Shown here: in pieces, positions 20,498 to 29,464 of the stretch
Position numbering within the stretch: the first letter of the stretch is position 1
Layout: every line of letters begins with the position of its first letter
Sequence record: SRR20825006_934
Length of the DNA stretch: 32,217 nucleotides
Direction: 5' to 3' (one strand)
Notes under the pieces: model-generated
Seen by the model: only the letters and a program-made list of their open reading frames with translations
The model's database searches: none
What the model was told of the DNA's origin: nothing
Made by a program: the position numbers and the translations under genes

Positions 20498-21241
20498 ATG
20501 GCTGCTAGTGTGCACCAATGTGCTGAAGATACGTCTGGCGTCTCGTCTCTTTCTCACGTCGCCATCATCATGGATGGCAACGGCAGATGGGCTACGAAGA
20601 ATGGTAAGTCACGTTCTTTAGGGCACAAAAAGGGTGCCGAGGCGGTGCGGGAAGCCATTGAGGGCGCGCTTGATTGTGGTGTTAAGTGTTTAACGCTCTA
20701 TGCCTTCTCTAGTGAAAACTGGAATAGGCCAGTGGAGGAGGTCACTGACCTTATGGCGCTCCTTAAGCTTTACCTGCAACGTGAGGTTAAGACTGTTCAT
20801 AAGCAAGGGGTACGCCTGCGTGTCATTGGGCGAAGGGATCGTTTATCAGCCGATATTGTCAAGATGATTGACAAAGCAGAGAAACGAACTGAAGCGAACA
20901 CACGCATGACACTGGTGATAGCCTTAAGTTATGGTAGCCGCGATGAAATTATTGAAGCCGCTAAGGCATTTGCAGTTTCCGTGGCGGAAGGAAAAGAAGA
21001 TCCTTCACAATTGGACGAAGAAAAGTTTTCCAAAGGTTTGTGGACAAACGATATTCCTGACCCAGACCTGATTATTCGCACGAGCGGCGAACAACGTCTG
21101 TCGAATTTCCTTCTTTGGCAGGCAGCCTATGCTGAATTTTTGTTTCTGGATTTGCTGTGGCCAGACTTCAGCAAGATGGACTTCAGAGCTGCGGTAGATA
21201 ACTATCTTGGCAGGAACCGGCGTTTTGGCGCCCGGCCATGA
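20498..21241 (+). CDS. uppS: Undecaprenyl-diphosphate synthase (isoprenyl transferase)
   Basis: HVAIIMDGNGRWA, YAFSSENWNRP, DLIIRTSGEQRLSNFLLWQ, RRFG; start set at ATG 20498. Confidence 0.97.
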   Translation: MAASVHQCAEDTSGVSSLSHVAIIMDGNGRWATKNGKSRSLGHKKGAEAVREAIEGALDCGVKCLTLYAFSSENWNRPVEEVTDLMALLKLYLQREVKTVHKQGVRLRVIGRRDRLSADIVKMIDKAEKRTEANTRMTLVIALSYGSRDEIIEAAKAFAVSVAEGKEDPSQLDEEKFSKGLWTNDIPDPDLIIRTSGEQRLSNFLLWQAAYAEFLFLDLLWPDFSKMDFRAAVDNYLGRNRRFGARP

Positions 21242-21252
21242 TTGGATAATTA

Positions 21253-22065
21253 ATGCCACTCGGCCTTTCAGATAATCTCTTTCAGCGTATTGTATCGGCG
21301 CTCTTGCTGTTACCGCCAGTTTTGTGGGCCACCTATGAAGGCGGTGCTTGGTTCGCGGGCCTTCTTGCACTAGGCGGGGCGCTGATGACGCTAGAATGGT
21401 GCCAGCTTACGGCACGGAATAGTGCTCTCGAACGCATTGCAGCTCTGCTTGTGATTGTTGCACTTGCTGGTGCGCTTGAGATGCGCACGATAGATATCAG
21501 CTTCACATACGTCATTCTGGGGTTGTTGTTCCTGGTCTTGCTGGGTGTCGGAGCGGTTAGGGGGGGCGTTTCATTCGGGTGGTGGATCATCGGCGTTGCT
21601 TATGTAGCTCTGCCTATTTCATCACTATGGTTTATTAGGGATGCCAGCGGTCTGCTTGTTTTATGGGTCTTCCTTGTGACCTGGGCTACAGATGTTGGTG
21701 GCTATTTCGCAGGTAAAGGGATCGGTGGTCCTAAACTTGCTCCAAAGATCAGCCCCAAGAAAACCTGGGCTGGGTTGTTAGGTGGTATGGGGTTGAGTGT
21801 AATTGTGTCTGTGGTGATGCACCAAATTGTCCCCTTTGCCGCAGGTTTGGGAATGATCTCACTTTTGTCAGGCCTTCTGGCGGTTTGGGCGCAGGTGGGG
21901 GATTTGCTTGAAAGTGCCGTTAAGCGCCATTTTGATGTGAAGGACTCCGGTGGGTTGATACCTGGGCACGGCGGGTTGCTTGATCGTGTTGACGGCTTGG
22001 TGTTTGTGGCACCGGCAGTGGCAGGAGTTCTGATCGTTTCCTCTGTTATTGGTTTTGAGTTTTAG
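21253..22065 (+). CDS. cdsA: Phosphatidate cytidylyltransferase
   Basis: WATDVGGYF, ISPKKTWAG, GDLLESAVKRHFDVKDSGGLIPGHGGLLDRVD. Confidence 0.97.
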   Translation: MPLGLSDNLFQRIVSALLLLPPVLWATYEGGAWFAGLLALGGALMTLEWCQLTARNSALERIAALLVIVALAGALEMRTIDISFTYVILGLLFLVLLGVGAVRGGVSFGWWIIGVAYVALPISSLWFIRDASGLLVLWVFLVTWATDVGGYFAGKGIGGPKLAPKISPKKTWAGLLGGMGLSVIVSVVMHQIVPFAAGLGMISLLSGLLAVWAQVGDLLESAVKRHFDVKDSGGLIPGHGGLLDRVDGLVFVAPAVAGVLIVSSVIGFEF

Positions 22066-22068
22066 CAA

Positions 22069-23238
22069 ATGGATATCGTTAAAAAGCGAATAACCGTACT
22101 TGGCGCCACGGGGTCTGTGGGATTAAGTACACTTGATCTGGTTCGGAGGAATTCGAGTAAATTCAGTATAGTATCCCTTACTGCTTATAGTAAGGTTGAG
22201 GAACTTGCCGCGCTAGCAGTAGAGTTTGGAGCTGAGCTGGCAGTTATCGGTGACGAGACAAAGCTTGCGACGCTTCGGAACCTGCTTGCGGGTACGAGTA
22301 TTGAGGCTGCGGCCGGCGAAGGCGGATTAATTGAGGCAGCAGATCGAGATGCTGAGGTCGTTATGGCAGCAATCGTGGGTGCGGCCGGTTTGAGGCCGAC
22401 CATGGCTGCGGTGCGCCGAGGGGCGACCGTAGCACTTGCTAACAAAGAATGTCTCGTATGTGCGGGCGATTTGTTGATGCAGGAGGTGAAAGCTCACGGC
22501 GCTACACTTCTGCCAGTTGACTCTGAGCACAACGCCATCTTTCAGGTATTTGACGTCAAGCGTGCAAGTAGCGTCGAGAAGGTGATATTGACAGCGTCCG
22601 GCGGGCCGTTTCGTGGCAGGTCATATGACAGTTTGAAGTCTGTTACTCCGGCGGAGGCTATCGCTCATCCAAATTGGGATATGGGTGCCAAGATATCGGT
22701 TGATTCTGCAACGATGATGAACAAAGGCTTGGAAGTCATTGAAGCTTATCATCTTTTCCCGATTAAAAAGTCGCAGATCGATGTTCTGGTACATCCGCAA
22801 TCGGTTATCCACTCCATGGTTGAATATTCGGATGGTAGCGTGCTCGCCCAGTTGGGCTCACCAGATATGCGCACACCAATAGCCTATAGTCTTGCATGGC
22901 CGGAGCGTATGAGCGCGCCTGTGAAGCGGTTGTCATTGGCAGAGATAGGCTCGCTGACGTTTGAAGAGGTAGACTTGAAGGCTTTTCGGTGTTTGGCACT
23001 GGCACGTGACGCGATGGAGGCTGGCGGTGCAGCACCTGCGATCTTGAATGCTGCAAATGAAGTGGCTGTGGCCGCTTTTCTCTCGGAAAAGCTTCGTTTT
23101 GTTGATATTTCATCTGTGGTAAGTGACACTTTGGCGGCGTGCGACATTAAAGCGCCACAATCACTTTCGAATGTGCTTGAAATTGATAGGATTGCCCGAG
23201 AGGCTGCAGAAAACCAACTGGCACTGCGCGCACAATAG
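22069..23238 (+). CDS. dxr: 1-deoxy-D-xylulose-5-phosphate reductoisomerase
   Basis: LGATGSVG, LANKE, PVDSEH, TASGGPF, HPNWDMGAKISVDSATMMNKGLE. Confidence 0.98.
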   Translation: MDIVKKRITVLGATGSVGLSTLDLVRRNSSKFSIVSLTAYSKVEELAALAVEFGAELAVIGDETKLATLRNLLAGTSIEAAAGEGGLIEAADRDAEVVMAAIVGAAGLRPTMAAVRRGATVALANKECLVCAGDLLMQEVKAHGATLLPVDSEHNAIFQVFDVKRASSVEKVILTASGGPFRGRSYDSLKSVTPAEAIAHPNWDMGAKISVDSATMMNKGLEVIEAYHLFPIKKSQIDVLVHPQSVIHSMVEYSDGSVLAQLGSPDMRTPIAYSLAWPERMSAPVKRLSLAEIGSLTFEEVDLKAFRCLALARDAMEAGGAAPAILNAANEVAVAAFLSEKLRFVDISSVVSDTLAACDIKAPQSLSNVLEIDRIAREAAENQLALRAQ

Positions 23239-23304
23239 AATGATGGTGCTTTTGGTGTGTAGCTTTATGGAAACGATGAATAAGAATAAGGACCGAGGAT
23301 AGTC

Positions 23305-24414
23305 ATGGAAACCGAAGGCCCGGGGCTTCTGTTTACGATAGCCGCTTTTGTTGGCGGGTTTAGTATACTTGTCTTCATACATGAATGGGGACATTACGCC
23401 GTAGCACGCCTTTTTGGTGTGAAGGTTGATACGTTTTCAATTGGTATGGGCCGCGAGGTCATCGGGCGTACCGATAAGAACGGCACACGATGGAAAGTTA
23501 GCATTCTACCTCTGGGTGGTTATGTAAAGTTTTTTGGTGATGCTTCTGCCGCGAGTAACCCTGGCGATATCCCAGAAGGTATGAGCGCTGAGGACAGGGC
23601 GGTTTGTTATCATTTCAAACCCCTCTGGCAGCGTGCGCTGATCGTTTTCGCTGGCCCGGCGATAAACTTGATCGCGGCAGCCTTGGTTTTTGCATCTTTC
23701 TTTTACAGCTACGGTATTGGGATATCAGAACCCGTTATCGAAACGGTGGTTGAGGATTCAGCTGCCTTTGAGGCAGGTCTGGAGCCGGGAGACCGCATTC
23801 TCAGCATCAACGGCGAAGAAATTGAACGCTTCTCTGACGTTGGGGGTATTGTTCGCCTCTATCCAGGTGGCAACATCACAATGCTCGTCGAGCGTAACGG
23901 CCGTGAACTTAGTAAGGTTGTGACGCTGGGCATCGCCTATATGGAGGATAGGTTCGGTAATCGGTATCCATATGGCCGCCTAGGTATTAGTTCTCCTGCG
24001 GTCGAGCGTGTTGAGCTAGGCCCAATTGGAGCCCTTGCCGAAGGGGGGCGCCAGACGGTTGAGATGACCGATACGATCTTCACAACCCTGGGCCAGATGA
24101 TTATGGGCCTGAGGTCTGTCCGCGAACTTGGTGGGCCAGCCCGTATAGCCAGTATGGTTGGTGAGGCAGCGCACATTAGTGCGCAGAACTTTATCTGGTT
24201 GCTGGCGCTCTTGTCACTCAACCTTGGAATTCTGAATCTTTTGCCGATCCCTGTGCTGGACGGCGGCCATTTGCTCTATTACGGGCTGGAGGCAGTTAAG
24301 GGTTCACCACTAAGCAAGAAGGCCCAAGAAGCGGGTTTCGTGGCGGGTTTCGCCTTAATGGTGATTTTTATGCTTCTTGTAACACTGAATGACTTGCAAT
24401 CCATGGCACTCTAG
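23305..24414 (+). CDS. rseP: RIP metalloprotease RseP (single PDZ domain)
   Basis: HEWGH zinc motif, PLGGYV, AGPAIN, NLLPIPVLDGG. Confidence 0.96.
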   Translation: METEGPGLLFTIAAFVGGFSILVFIHEWGHYAVARLFGVKVDTFSIGMGREVIGRTDKNGTRWKVSILPLGGYVKFFGDASAASNPGDIPEGMSAEDRAVCYHFKPLWQRALIVFAGPAINLIAAALVFASFFYSYGIGISEPVIETVVEDSAAFEAGLEPGDRILSINGEEIERFSDVGGIVRLYPGGNITMLVERNGRELSKVVTLGIAYMEDRFGNRYPYGRLGISSPAVERVELGPIGALAEGGRQTVEMTDTIFTTLGQMIMGLRSVRELGGPARIASMVGEAAHISAQNFIWLLALLSLNLGILNLLPIPVLDGGHLLYYGLEAVKGSPLSKKAQEAGFVAGFALMVIFMLLVTLNDLQSMAL

Positions 24415-24463
24415 GCCAATTTCACCGCCAAAGTTGCCGAAAAGATAAGAATGGGCTGAAAAG

Positions 24464-27025
24464 TTGCGTTTAAATAAACTGAGTTTGACGTGGCGCTTTA
24501 TACTAGCGCTCACCATCGGGGGGATTTCGTTTACTGGGTCGGTTTCGGCTCAGCAACAAGCGGCCCAACAGGTACCAATCATCCGCCAGATCAGCGTGGT
24601 CGGAAACGAACGCGTTGAGCCTGAGACCATCGCGTCCTATCTATCAGTCTCACCGGGTGAACCGTTTGATCCAGTAAAACTAGATGAAAGCCTGAAAGCA
24701 CTTTTTGCGACCGGCCTGTTCTCTGATGTTGAATTATCAGAGGTACAAGGCGCACTGCTGGTGCGTGTGGTTGAGAATCCCATCATTAACCGGATTGTTT
24801 TTGAGGGGAACAAGCGTCTTGACCGCGAAGAGTTACTTGAAGAAGTAAGGCTTCGCCCTCGCATGGTATTTACGCGCGCTAAAGTACGTTCTGATGTCCA
24901 GCGCATGCTTGAGCTCTATCGTCGCTCTGGCCGCTTTGCTGCGATTATTGAGCCAAAAGTTGTGCAGTTAGAACAAAACCGTGTTGATCTTTTGTTTGAA
25001 GTGCAGGAGGGCCCAAAAACTAAAGTCAGCAGCATTAAATTCATTGGCAACAAGAAATTTAGTGATGGTGACCTTAGGGATGTACTCGCTACAAAGCAGG
25101 CTCGTTGGTGGAAGCTGTTTACCTCAAACGACACATTTGATCCTGATCGGCTTGCATATGACCAGCAGATATTGCGCCAGCATTACCTGAACGAGGGCTA
25201 TGCAGATTTTCGCACGGTTTCGGCGGTATCTGAACTTACACCTGACCGTAAGGACTTCTTCATTACTTTTACGGTTGATGAAGGTGAGATTTATAACTTT
25301 GGCAAGATTGACGTTGAGAGTGAAATTAGGGACGTAAACGTTAACTTGTTCCGGGCTTTCCTTCTGATGCGTGAAGGCGATACCTACAACGCTGAAGCAA
25401 TTGAAAAAACAATTGAAGCGCTATCAAACGCAGCTGGTCTTCTGGGCTATGCGTTTGTTGATGTTCGGCCTCAAATCAACAGGAACCGTGAAGAGCGCAC
25501 AATTGATATCAACTTCCGAGTGCTTGATGCGCCAAGGGTATATGTTGAGCGCGTTAACATTACGGGTAACGTTCGTACGCTGGATAGGGTTATCCGCAGG
25601 GAGTTCCGCCTGCAAGAAGGCGATGCCTTCAACTCCGCATTGGTAACGCGTTCCGAGAACCGCCTGAACCGTTTGAACTTCTTCCGTGAAGTTGAGGTCG
25701 AGCAGGTGCAAGGTAGTCAGCCCGACCGTATGGTGCTGGAGGTGGGCGTGGAAGAGCAGGCTACGGGTGAATTGAACCTAGGTGCCGGTTTCTCCAGCCT
25801 TGAGAATTTTATCTTTGACTTCTCTATCCGTGAGCGGAACCTGATGGGTAAAGGTCAGGACCTTCGACTTGGACTTCGCCTTTCAGGTACACGTCAAGAA
25901 ATTGATCTAGGCTTTACTGAACCATATTTTATGGGCAGGAACGTGGCTGCGGGTGTTGACCTCTTCGCTCGGAAGATTGATAGCAGCAGCTATGGCTCAT
26001 ACTTTGATACCAAATCCATCGGTTTCTCCCTGCGGGCAGGGATGGCAATCAACGAGTTTTGGACACTGTCCACCCGCTATACGCTTCGTCAGGATGATGT
26101 GTCCTTGCTCGATAGCTATCTTAATGCGGTGTACAACACATACTTCGACGCGCGCACGACAAATGGTATTACCGATCAAGACGAATTCGATCGGCGAGTT
26201 AGCCGCTTCGATAACAATAACGACGGTGTCGTTAATCTTGATGATTTTGACACCGATGGAAATGGGACTATTAGTCAGGAAGAAAAGCAAGTTGCGCTGA
26301 GCCGCGGTGTACAGGACTCTATTGGCAAGCGGTATCAGTCTATCGTTGGCTACACCGTGGGTTTTGATACGCGGAACAGCATTATTCGTCCTACACGAGG
26401 CCACAACTTCTTCTTCAGTCAGGATTTCGCTGGCCTTGGCGGGGATGTTCGCTATCTTCGATCAACCATAACCACGGACAACTACTGGACTCCCTGGGAG
26501 GGCTGGACATTCCGGTTGGGCGGTGAAGCAGGCATTATCCATGGCCTTGGGCAAGACGTACGGCTGTCCGACAAGTTCTTTATCGGTGGCCCTCGTATTC
26601 GCGGGTTTGATACCGCCGGTATGGGCCCGAGAGACTTTGCTAACAACCAGTCGATTGGTGGTACAGCATACTATATCGGCCGAGGTGAATTGTTCTTCCC
26701 TCTCGGTGATGCTGCCCTTGAGAGTGGTATCAATGCCTCAGCCTTTGTGGACGTGGGCTCGCTGTTCAGAGCACAAGAAGATGCTTTGGCACCGTGTACC
26801 TTCAGCCGGGCAGAGTATGACGCAGCGGTTGTGGATAATGACTTTTCGGGCCTCGACCTGAACTGTATGTCAGGAAATAGCGCCAAACCGCGTCTGTCTG
26901 TTGGTATTGGCTTCTCATGGCAGTCGCCATTTGGCCCGTTCCGGATTGACCTATCCAAACAGCTGCGTAAACAGCTTGGTGACCGGACACAAACGCTGCA
27001 GTTCAATGTCGGTACGACATTCTAA
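24464..27025 (+). CDS. bamA: Outer membrane protein assembly factor BamA with enlarged barrel loops
   Basis: Signal peptide, POTRA repeats (GN motifs, LFATGLFSDV, VIRRE), TEPYF, IRGF lid-lock motif, SPFGP, C-terminal FNVGTTF; TTG start is uncertain. Confidence 0.97.
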   Translation: MRLNKLSLTWRFILALTIGGISFTGSVSAQQQAAQQVPIIRQISVVGNERVEPETIASYLSVSPGEPFDPVKLDESLKALFATGLFSDVELSEVQGALLVRVVENPIINRIVFEGNKRLDREELLEEVRLRPRMVFTRAKVRSDVQRMLELYRRSGRFAAIIEPKVVQLEQNRVDLLFEVQEGPKTKVSSIKFIGNKKFSDGDLRDVLATKQARWWKLFTSNDTFDPDRLAYDQQILRQHYLNEGYADFRTVSAVSELTPDRKDFFITFTVDEGEIYNFGKIDVESEIRDVNVNLFRAFLLMREGDTYNAEAIEKTIEALSNAAGLLGYAFVDVRPQINRNREERTIDINFRVLDAPRVYVERVNITGNVRTLDRVIRREFRLQEGDAFNSALVTRSENRLNRLNFFREVEVEQVQGSQPDRMVLEVGVEEQATGELNLGAGFSSLENFIFDFSIRERNLMGKGQDLRLGLRLSGTRQEIDLGFTEPYFMGRNVAAGVDLFARKIDSSSYGSYFDTKSIGFSLRAGMAINEFWTLSTRYTLRQDDVSLLDSYLNAVYNTYFDARTTNGITDQDEFDRRVSRFDNNNDGVVNLDDFDTDGNGTISQEEKQVALSRGVQDSIGKRYQSIVGYTVGFDTRNSIIRPTRGHNFFFSQDFAGLGGDVRYLRSTITTDNYWTPWEGWTFRLGGEAGIIHGLGQDVRLSDKFFIGGPRIRGFDTAGMGPRDFANNQSIGGTAYYIGRGELFFPLGDAALESGINASAFVDVGSLFRAQEDALAPCTFSRAEYDAAVVDNDFSGLDLNCMSGNSAKPRLSVGIGFSWQSPFGPFRIDLSKQLRKQLGDRTQTLQFNVGTTF

Positions 27026-27047
27026 AAAAGATCATAGGGAATATAAA

Positions 27048-27635
27048 ATGGGTACGTTTTTAAAAACACTTAAACTTGGCATGGTAGCTGTTGCTGCGAT
27101 GGTTGGCATTAGTGCGGTATCATCAGCACAGATATTGACCGTAGATGATGAACGGGTTGAGCGTGAAGCTGCGGCTTATAAGGACTTCAACCTGCAGACT
27201 AATGAACTGCGCCAAAGCATATTGCAGCGTCGCCAGATGGTAACGCGTGGCGGAGCAATCGAGCAGCAGCTTGCAGACCTTGAGAAACGCAAGGCGATCA
27301 TTGGCAACGATAAATACGAAGAAGAAAAGCGGAAGCTGGAGCAAACTTATGTACGCTTTCAACAAGAACTTGCTCAGCTTGAGTATGTTTTTGACCAGCT
27401 TCGTCAGGAAGCTATGGTGCAAGTTGAGCGTGCGCGCCAACCGGTTATCCGTAGCCTGCTCGCGGAACGCAATGCTCAGGTCATTATGATGAAGCGCCTT
27501 CTCCTCGGTTCAGCTGCGGGCATTGATGTAACCACACAGTTTATTGAAAAGCTGGATGCTGAACTGCCAAACGTGACGCTGAATTTGCCAAAGGCGGGTG
27601 ATGCTCCTGCTGCTGAACAACCAGAACAGCAATAA
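27048..27635 (+). CDS. skp: OmpH/Skp-family periplasmic chaperone
   Basis: Signal peptide (SSA-Q), coiled-coil body, C-terminal IDVTxxFIEKLD motif, position directly after bamA; start set at ATG 27048. Confidence 0.85.
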   Translation: MGTFLKTLKLGMVAVAAMVGISAVSSAQILTVDDERVEREAAAYKDFNLQTNELRQSILQRRQMVTRGGAIEQQLADLEKRKAIIGNDKYEEEKRKLEQTYVRFQQELAQLEYVFDQLRQEAMVQVERARQPVIRSLLAERNAQVIMMKRLLLGSAAGIDVTTQFIEKLDAELPNVTLNLPKAGDAPAAEQPEQQ

Positions 27636-27657
27636 CATTTAGATTGGCGCATCGAAG

Positions 27658-28095
27658 ATGACATTCGATATCGAGAAAATCATGGAACTGATACCACACC
27701 GGTATCCGTTCCTGCTTGTGGATAAGGTTGTTGATATTGTGCCGGGCGAAAGCGGAACCGGGATCAAGAATGTCACGATGAATGAGCCATTTTTTCCAGG
27801 TCATTTCCCACAGAAACCTGTGATGCCGGGCGTTTTGATCCTTGAGGCAATGGCCCAAACAGCCGGGGCGCTGGCGATCGATTTTCTTGGAGACGATGCC
27901 AAGGGCAAAGTTGTTTACTTCATGGCGATTGACGGAGCAAAGTTCCGTAAACCGGTTGTGCCGGGCGACCGCCTTGAAATGAAGCTCGTGAAGGTCCGGG
28001 GGCGTGGCGCGGTTTGGAAGTTTGATGCGAAAGCTTATGTCGACGATGAGTTGACAACGGAAGCGACATTGACAGCGATGCTTGGTGGAAACTAG
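27658..28095 (+). CDS. fabZ: 3-hydroxyacyl-ACP dehydratase
   Basis: IPHRYPFLLVD, KNVTMNEPFFPGHFP, MPGVLILEAMAQ, FRKPVVPGD. Confidence 0.98.
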   Translation: MTFDIEKIMELIPHRYPFLLVDKVVDIVPGESGTGIKNVTMNEPFFPGHFPQKPVMPGVLILEAMAQTAGALAIDFLGDDAKGKVVYFMAIDGAKFRKPVVPGDRLEMKLVKVRGRGAVWKFDAKAYVDDELTTEATLTAMLGGN

Positions 28096-28120
28096 CTCCA
28101 AGGTATTTCTAAATTCATGG

Positions 28121-28145
28121 AAGGCGGCCTATTGGCCGCCTTTTT
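28121..28145 (+). terminator. Rho-independent terminator directly after fabZ
   Basis: AAGGCGGCC-TATT-GGCCGCCTT followed by a T-run, about 25 nt after the fabZ stop. Confidence 0.9.
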
Positions 28146-28274
28146 CATTTGGGTCATAAAGCTCCAGTATACTGGATGATTAGCAATGACATTTTGATCT
28201 AGGCGTATATTGGGCTATCTTATGCCAGAGAGGCGGCACAGAACGAAGGCCGTTCCGTGTGCGAGGTCGGCCAT

Positions 28275-29321
28275 ATGTACAAGTTCCCCGTTAATGATCT
28301 AACCCGCATATATGCGGGTTTTAACGATAACTTCCAAAGCAAAACTACGCCTTATGACTTCTTTAAGGTAGGCGAATCTGCGTCCGCGAACGGCGTACGT
28401 CTGGAGTTGAATGACCGGGTTGCCTCGGGCTATTGGGAACTTTTTCGCCCAGATAGCGGTATACTTATTTGTGTAGCTGATGGTTTATATCACCGTGCAT
28501 ATCAGGAAGTCATCACACCAAAACAAGATGTGATTACGGTACGGTTTGTGCTCTCAGGTAAGATGTCTGTTCGTCTGGCGGGAAAACGTAGCATTGACAT
28601 CCCACAGTGCAGCGCTTCTGTTCTACATATTAAGCAGTCCGAAGACTTCGAACTCACCATTAGCGGCAACAGTCATCTATGTTCCGTCAGCTTCCATCTT
28701 GAACCGGGAATTCTACGAGACAGGTTTCACTTGGAAGGAGATCGTCTGCCACCTCTCTTGCGTGATTTGGTGTTTGGGGCAGGTGGGACCCGGCCTCCGT
28801 ATAACTTTCCCATGTCGGCTCATACCATCAATGTTGTCAACGATGTGTTGAAGATGCGGTTTGAGGGAGGGCGTCGGAGCGCATATGTACAGGCCAAGAT
28901 GGTGGAACTTCTGTGTCGCCTGTTTCAAGAGGTGGAGGATGAATACCTGGGGAACAGGCAAATACTGACAGGCCCAAAGCAGAGTGTGCGCAAAAAGGTA
29001 CACCGTGCGCATCAGATCCTTATCGCAAACTATATGAAGCCGCCGCCTATAGCCTCTCTGGCGAGGGAAGTGGGGCTCAACCGCAGCACGCTGAGCGCGG
29101 AATTCAAGAAGGTGTTTGGAATCAGTATATTTTCCTTCTCCCAAGACTATCGGCTTGATAAAGCGCGTGAGCTTCTGGGGAACCGCGACCTTTCCATTCA
29201 GGAGGTAGCAGAGATAGTTGGCTATGATTATGCTGCGAATTTTACGGCTGCTTTCAAGCGAAAGTACGGATTGCTTCCAAAGGATATACGCGTCGCTCCG
29301 CAGGTAGCTATCCTTCAGTAG
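28275..29321 (+). CDS. AraC-family transcriptional regulator (PchR/YbtA-like architecture)
   Basis: C-terminal double HTH: LAREVGLNRSTLSAEFKKVFG...RLDKARELL...SIQEVAEIVGYDYAANFTAAFKRKYGLLP; ATG 28275 has GAGGT RBS (alternative GTG 28257). Confidence 0.92.
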   Translation: MYKFPVNDLTRIYAGFNDNFQSKTTPYDFFKVGESASANGVRLELNDRVASGYWELFRPDSGILICVADGLYHRAYQEVITPKQDVITVRFVLSGKMSVRLAGKRSIDIPQCSASVLHIKQSEDFELTISGNSHLCSVSFHLEPGILRDRFHLEGDRLPPLLRDLVFGAGGTRPPYNFPMSAHTINVVNDVLKMRFEGGRRSAYVQAKMVELLCRLFQEVEDEYLGNRQILTGPKQSVRKKVHRAHQILIANYMKPPPIASLAREVGLNRSTLSAEFKKVFGISIFSFSQDYRLDKARELLGNRDLSIQEVAEIVGYDYAANFTAAFKRKYGLLPKDIRVAPQVAILQ

Positions 29322-29357
29322 GCTGAATTCGCCGATAAATTACTGTCATGCGGAATT

Positions 29358-29418
29358 GACGATCTCAGTATTATTTTGGACGACCTCATAATTCCTTGTC
29401 AGAAAATTTCAATATTAT
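29358..29418 (+). promoter_or_regulatory. Putative AraC-activated promoter: two 21-bp-spaced direct repeats plus a -10 box
   Basis: GACGATCTCAGTATT (29358) and GACGACCTCATAATT (29379); TATTAT at 29413-29418 with no consensus -35 at the 17-nt position. Confidence 0.55.
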
Positions 29419-29464
29419 CTCTCAAGCAATAACAGGATTGCTCTGACAATGAGGGTTAACAGCC

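Noticed and set aside
29396-29449. Inverted repeat TTGTCAGA...TCTGACAA upstream of the TBDR, considered as a riboswitch or Fur/Irr site
   Set aside because: Arms are 38 nt apart, the leader is too short for a cobalamin or TPP riboswitch and lacks their motifs, and there is no good Fur-box match.
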